From Ignavibacteriota bacterium (lineage in GTDB: Bacteria; Bacteroidota; Ignavibacteria; UBA10030): 64,000 nt of DNA. Under the pieces are notes generated by a model. The model was given only the letters and a program-made list of their open reading frames with translations. It did not search any database and was not told the DNA's origin. The DNA lies in contig CAVZWL010000019.1 in assembly GCA_963778945.1 (NCBI GenBank), positions 128,082 to 192,081 on the forward strand. Reading direction: 5' to 3'. This document shows positions 58,208 through 64,000 of the stretch, in pieces. The translations under genes and the position numbers were made by a program. Within the stretch, counting starts at the first letter, position 1. Every line of letters starts with the position of its first letter.

Positions 58208-61200
58208 ATGAGAAATGCGATCTACCAACTGTTTGTTGTATGCAGTACAACCCTCATTCTTTTGAGCTCACCATCCTATTCTCAAGAAGGTAAAATTATA
58301 TTTGAAAGGATATCTACAGAATCTGGGCTCTCCCAAAGTTCTGTCGTATGCATGTGCCAGGACAGCAAAGGATTTCTCTGGTTTGGGACATATGAAGGGC
58401 TCAATCGTTATGATGGATATACTTTTAAGGTATTTAAAAACGATCCTGAAAATCCATCGAGCTTAAGCAATAATGCTATCATGAGTATTATTGAAGATCA
58501 TCTGGGTGTGCTTTGGATCGGAACGGAAGACGGCCTTGATCGATTTGACCGGGGAAAAGAACGGTTTATTCATTATAAAAATGATCCAGACAATCCGAAT
58601 AGTCTAAGCCATAATTATATCCAAAATATCTATGAAGACCGGTCGGGCACAATTTGGCTGGGGACCAATGGCGGAGGACTCAATCGGTTTGACAGAACAA
58701 CAGAAAAATTCACCCATTACATAAACGATGTGAATAATACAAAAAGCCTGAGTCATAATAATGTATTATCTATTCTTGAGGATGGGAATGGACGTCTTTG
58801 GATCGGCACCGATGACGGATTGAATTATTTTGACAGGAAGAAAGGGGAATTTATCAACTATCGGAATGATCCTCGTGATTCGCACAGCTTAAGTCATAAT
58901 GGCGTATGGCGAATCTATGAAGACCGGTCGGGGAATCTGTGGATAGGAACATGGGGAGGCGGATTGAATTGGTTTGACTCTCAGAAGAATCGGTTTGTCC
59001 GCTATCAAAACAATCCGGATGATTCATATAGTTTAAGCAGCAATATTATCAGAGCACTGTATGAGGATAAGGGTGGGAATTTTTGGATAGGCACAGATGG
59101 CGGCGGACTGAACAAACTTGCAGATGGTTCTAAAATCGGAGACAAGATCAAATTTATTCATTATCAAAACAATCCTCAGGATCCTACGAATCTGAGCGGT
59201 AATTCGGTGATTTCTATATTTGAAGATAAATTGGGCATACTCTGGGTAGGAACGAATTATAACGGTGTTAATAAATATAATCCAAGCACAAAACAATTTG
59301 TGCTCTTTAGAAACCATCTTAATGATGCAAACAGCTTATCAAAGAATACTATCCTTTCCATGTATGAGGACAGCCGGGGAATGATCTGGATAGGGACGAA
59401 TGGCGGAGGACTAGATTGCTTCGACCGGGGAAAAAATCAGTTTACGCACTATGTTCATAATCCGCTTGACTCGAACAGTCTGAGCAGTAATACGATAAGG
59501 AGTATCTGTGAGGACCGATACAACAGCTTGTGGATTGGCACTGAGGATGCGTTGAATTGTTTTGAAGAGAAGAAAGGCAAATTTATCCACTATCGAAATG
59601 ATCCCAATAATCCTCACAGCATAAGTCAGAATGGATCATGGAGTCTCTACAAAGACCGGTCAGGGAATCTGTGGGCAGGAACCTTCGGCAGAGGATTAAA
59701 TAGATTTCGATAATACAAAAGGAGAATTTACGCATTATGTTTATGATCAAAACGATCCGAGGAGTATAAGCGATAATTTCATCTGGACAATTTACGAGGA
59801 TTCGTCCGGCATATTCTGGATCGGAACGAATTCAGGAGGGTTGAACCGTCTTGAGCCTCGATAAAGGAAGGTTCATTCATTATCGCTCTGATAGTAGGGA
59901 TTCCACAAGCTTAAGCGATAACAAAATTATGCGTATTTATGAAGATCATGCAGGAACTTTATGGCTAGGGACGACGAACGGCCTCAATAAATTTGATCGA
60001 AAAAGCGGAACATTCCATCGGTACAGCGAAAAGGATGGTCTGCCGAACAGTATTATACAGGGAATACTCGAAGATCAATCATGGCAATCTCTGGATAAGC
60101 ACCAATAATGGCTTATCTAAATTTAATTCCAGTCACCGGCAGATTTAATAACTATTTTGAAAACGATGGACTGCAAGGGAATGAATTTAGCGTCAATGCC
60201 TGTCTGAAAATCCGGAGCGGTGAGATGATCTTTGGCGGCATGAACGGTTTCAATATTTTCCATCCGGACAGCATCCGTACCGATTCTTCCCGCCCAATCG
60301 TTGTTATTACCGATTTTCAAATATTTAATAAGCCTGTCGCTCTCGACAAGAATATAGAAGGAGACACAATTCTCCGGCGGTCCATCTCAGAGAGCAGCGA
60401 GATTCATCTTTCCTATAAAGACAATGTTTTTTCTTTTGAATTTGCCGCGCTTCACTTCGTTTCACCGAAGGATAATCAGTATGCATATATGATGGAAGGA
60501 TTTGAGAAAGAATGGAATTACACGGACGCAAAAAGACGTTTTGTAACCTATACAAATTTGCCGGGTGGGACATACATATTCCGTGTCAAGGCCTCCAATA
60601 ATCAAGGAATATGGAATGAAGAAGGGACTTCCATTCGAATCATTATCACGCCTCCTTTTTGGAAAACCTGGTGGTTTTATAGTTTCATGGCGGCTTTCAT
60701 TGCAGCAATCGTGTTCGGTTTATACAGCTGGCGCGTGTGGCAGCTCTTAAAAAGAGAGAAGGATTTGGAGCAGCGTGTTCATGATCGCACGAATCAGCTC
60801 GAATATGCCAATAAGGAATTGGAAGCATTTAGTTATTCAGTATCTCATGACCTGCGCGCGCCTCTCCGAAGCATAGATGGATTCAGCATCGCGTTGCTGG
60901 AAGATTATATGGATAAATTGGATGAACAGGGCAAAAACTACCTGCATCGTGTGCGCACTGCCAGCCAGCATATGGAACATTTGATTGACGATATTCTCAA
61001 TCTGTCGCGCGTTATGCGAACCGAAATGCAGCGCCTGCCTGTTGACCTCGGCAGCCTTGCCCAATCTATCGCAGATGAACTTAGCCGTAATGAACCGGAC
61101 CGAAAAGTTACATTTACCATTACGCCGGGTATGATGATAGAGGCAGACCGCAATCTTATGGGGATTGTTCTCGAAAATCTAATCGATAATGCCTGGAAAT

Positions 61201-61476
61201 TTACAAGTAAACATCCGACAGCAAAGATTGAAATCGGCAGCATGTTGCGCGATGGACGGCAAGTATATTTTGTGCGCGATGACGGCGACGGATTTGACAT
61301 GGCTTATGCAGGTAAACTGTTCGGAGCTTTCCAAAGAATGCATACTCCCGACGAATTTAAGGGAAGCTGGAATTGGATTGGCTACAGTCCGGCGGATTAT
61401 TCATAGACATGGCGGTCAGGTATGGGCCGAAGCTGAGAAAGATAAAGGAGCGACATTTTATTTCACAATACCATAA
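58208..61476 (+). CDS. Reg_prop/Y_Y_Y periplasmic-sensor histidine kinase, four frameshifts
   Basis: Signal anchor, then at least 14 two-component-regulator-propeller repeats (LWIGTxxGLNRFD...F.HY). Y_Y_Y region ([14 protein letters not shown]...[11 protein letters not shown]), [24 protein letters not shown]-box [14 protein letters not shown]-box DNAWKFT, G-boxes DDGDGFD and G(T)GIGLATV. Junctions near 59708, 59848, 60080 and 61365. Confidence 0.88.
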
Positions 61477-61491
61477 TCTTGAGGTGGTGCA

Positions 61492-61953
61492 ATGAAAAAT
61501 AAAACTATTTTATTAGTCGAAGACAACCCCGACGATGTAACGCTGACTCTGCGTGCGTTCAAGAAAAACAACATTGCTAATGAGGTTGTCGTAGCAAACG
61601 ATGGACTTGAAGCGCTTGATTATTTATTCGGAACAGGAAAATACGCGAAGAAGGAAATAAACAGTATGCCTGCTGTCATTTTATTGGATTTAAAGCTTCC
61701 AAAGCTAGACGGATTGGAAGTCCTGGAACGTATTCGTGCTGATGAACGGACGAAATTTCTCCCGGTCGTTATTCTAACGTCCTCGAAGGAGGAACAGGAT
61801 GTCGCAGGAAGTTACAGTCTTGGCGCCAATAGTTACATTCGAAAACCTGTGGATTTCCATAAATTTGTTGATGCCGTACGGCAATTAGAGCTTTACTGGA
61901 TGGTCCTGAATGAACAGCCGCCTTTTAAATCAGAGAAGTATTCTCATGAATAA
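61492..61953 (+). CDS. stand-alone response regulator receiver domain
   Basis: [35 protein letters not shown]. 153 aa. Confidence 0.88.
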   Translation: MKNKTILLVEDNPDDVTLTLRAFKKNNIANEVVVANDGLEALDYLFGTGKYAKKEINSMPAVILLDLKLPKLDGLEVLERIRADERTKFLPVVILTSSKEEQDVAGSYSLGANSYIRKPVDFHKFVDAVRQLELYWMVLNEQPPFKSEKYSHE

Positions 61954-63878
61954 AGCACTCAATATTCTGCTCGTTGAAGACTCGGAAGATGATGCACTTT
62001 TATTGACACGTTATATTCAACGGAATGGATTCGAGGTCATCGTTAATCGTGTCGTCGACAGCACAACTATGATCGAATCACTGGAACGCCGATCATGGGA
62101 TATCGTGATTGCCGATTATGCCCTGCCGACTTTCAGCGGATTAGCTGCGCTGGAGATTCTGAAGGGGAAAAAAATTGATATTCCATTTATCATTGTGTCG
62201 GGAACGATCGGTGAAGATGTTGCCGTACAGGCGATGAAGGCCGGTGCTCATGACTATGTTATGAAAGGAAATCTCGCCCGACTGATACCTGCAATTCAAC
62301 GTGAAATGGATGAAGCAGATATAAGGCGGGAACGCCGGCAAGCGGAAGATGCCCTTCATGAATCTGAAAATCGATATCGAGGGTTATTCGAAGGATCCAA
62401 GGATGCAATTTATTTCAGCACAATCGACGATAAATTTATAGATATCAATCCCGCCGGTATTGAACTGTTTGGTTATAGATCCAAAGAAGAACTGCTGGCG
62501 GCAGATATCAGTCAGGGTATTCTTTTAGAATCCGACAGATCTCATCGGAAGAAAAAGATGATCCATGCAGAAGGTCTTATTAAAGATTTTGAGTATACAT
62601 TGGAGCGAAAAGACGGTACATCCGCTGTTGTCTTAGAAACAACCATGCCGGTTCGGGATCTGCATGGGAATATTATTATGTACCGCAGTATTCTCAGAGA
62701 TGTCACGAACCAAAAGCAGCTTGAACAACAGTTCATACAAGCGCAAAAGATGGACAGCATCGGAATACTCGCTGGAGGTATTGCTCACGATTTCAATAAT
62801 ATCCTCGGAATTATTTTGGGTTATAGCAGTCTGCTGGAAGGGGCGAGGAATAAGCCTCAGGAATATTCCGAAAGGATCAGCGTTATTATTCAGGCAATAG
62901 AACGGGGTGCTTCTTTGGTACAGCAGATCCTAACCTTTGCGCGAAAGGCCGATGTTTCATTTAGACAAACAAACCTCGCCAAAGCTGCATTCGACATGCT
63001 TGCTATGCTCAAGGAAACTTTTCCCAAGATCATTGTCATGAAGGGAGTCTTTGCGCAGGATATTCCGGATATATACGCAGATAATAATCAGATTCATCAG
63101 GTGCTCCTGAATCTCTGTCTTAATGCCCGTGATGCCATGCCAAATGGCGGACTGCTTACTCTGAAAACGGAAATCCGGACCAATGAACAAGTGCGCGAAC
63201 GTTTTCCTTCTGCTGATCAAGAAGATGTACGTCTGTTTGAGCGTGACCGATACGGGTGTAGGAATGGACGAAGATACGCGTCTGAGGATCTTCGATCCAT
63301 TTTTTACCACCAAGAAAGATGGGAAAGGAACAGGCCTCGGTCTGTCGGTTGTCTACGGCGTTATGCAGGCACATCTTGGTTTTATTGATGTAGAAAGTAA
63401 ATTAAACCAAGGGACAACTTTTCGACTTTATTTCCCGGTGCCGGCTGCAAGTATCGAGCAAATCGACACGCAGGAGCAAAAAGATTCCTTCCATCTTGAA
63501 GGCACGGAGAAAATCCTGCTCGTTGAAGACGAAGATTTTCTGAGAAATATGCTGCGGCTTACACTCGAGTCAAAAGGATACAAAGTCTATACTGCCTCGG
63601 ACGGTATTGCAGCGATTGAAATTTATAAAAGCCATAAACTAGAAATTGATCTTGTTATTACTGATTTCGGCTTGCCGGGAATGACAGGAATGGACGAGTT
63701 CAAAAAACTCACAGCACTTAATCCTGAAATTAAAGTAGTCATTACAAGCGGTTTCTTGGACAGGGATGTCAAGAATAAGCTTCTTATGGATGGAGCGAAA
63801 GCTATTCTTCTAAAACCATATCAACCGGAGAATATACTGCGGACAATACGAGAAGTCTTAGATAAAAAATCCTCATAA
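61946..63878 (+). CDS. hybrid sensor kinase REC-PAS-HisKA-HATPase-REC, one frameshift
   Basis: ATG 61946 overlaps the previous stop. N-terminal REC ([10 protein letters not shown]...[11 protein letters not shown]), PAS ([19 protein letters not shown]), H-box [12 protein letters not shown]-box [11 protein letters not shown]. After a shift near 63228: [18 protein letters not shown], and the C-terminal REC (LLVEDEDFL...[12 protein letters not shown]). Confidence 0.88.
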
Positions 63879-64000
63879 AAGAGACAGATAAGGAAGATGG
63901 ATCTCATCGATACCGAAATAATTGAAAGTGAACTCTTGAAATGAGAAAAGAGTCTTTTCATCCAGATTGGATGTATGGCATTTAACAACTCCTCGGCCAT

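Overview
This 64-kb chromosomal window, of moderate GC by eye, comes from a Gram-negative FCB-group bacterium. Gene content looks Ignavibacteriota/Bacteroidota-like: a T9SS C-terminal sorting domain, a CarboxypepD_reg-type TonB-dependent receptor, a Reg_prop sensor kinase, and a split F-ATPase operon (atpZ/I-B-E-F-H-A-G, no atpDC). All family names come from motif recognition only; no searches were run. Most of the content is housekeeping: F1Fo ATP synthase, ffh, rpsP-KH-rimM-trmD-rplS, mqnA, recN, cysS, cobB, pyk, serS, a lysC-dapB-dapA-dapD block, a heterodimeric ABC exporter, envelope proteins, and a signal-transduction cluster at each end. I found no transposase, integrase, CRISPR array, rRNA or tRNA, and no convincing novel multi-gene defence or mobile system. 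Three things stand out. (1) Roughly 33 single-base frameshifts break about 18 genes, including indispensable ones (ffh, rpsP, rplS, atpA). This points to indel errors in the sequence rather than biology. (2) Heptanucleotide-phased mosaic repeats fill nearly every intergenic spacer between 41.0 and 47.9 kb, plus one at 27.84 kb. The same heptad words occur in both orientations, there is a 63-nt higher-order unit, and one copy carries a 50-nt GC-rich hairpin insertion. (3) A compact promoter-hairpin-terminator unit at 57.25-57.35 kb looks like an unannotated ~68-nt sRNA with a CCUCCC anti-Shine-Dalgarno stretch. Lower-interest flags are several unexplained gene pairings: a HisA paralog plus PfkB kinase coupled to lysC, a His-box-less PilB/GspE ATPase after atpG, and an aromatic/RGG-rich lipoprotein between two beta-barrels.
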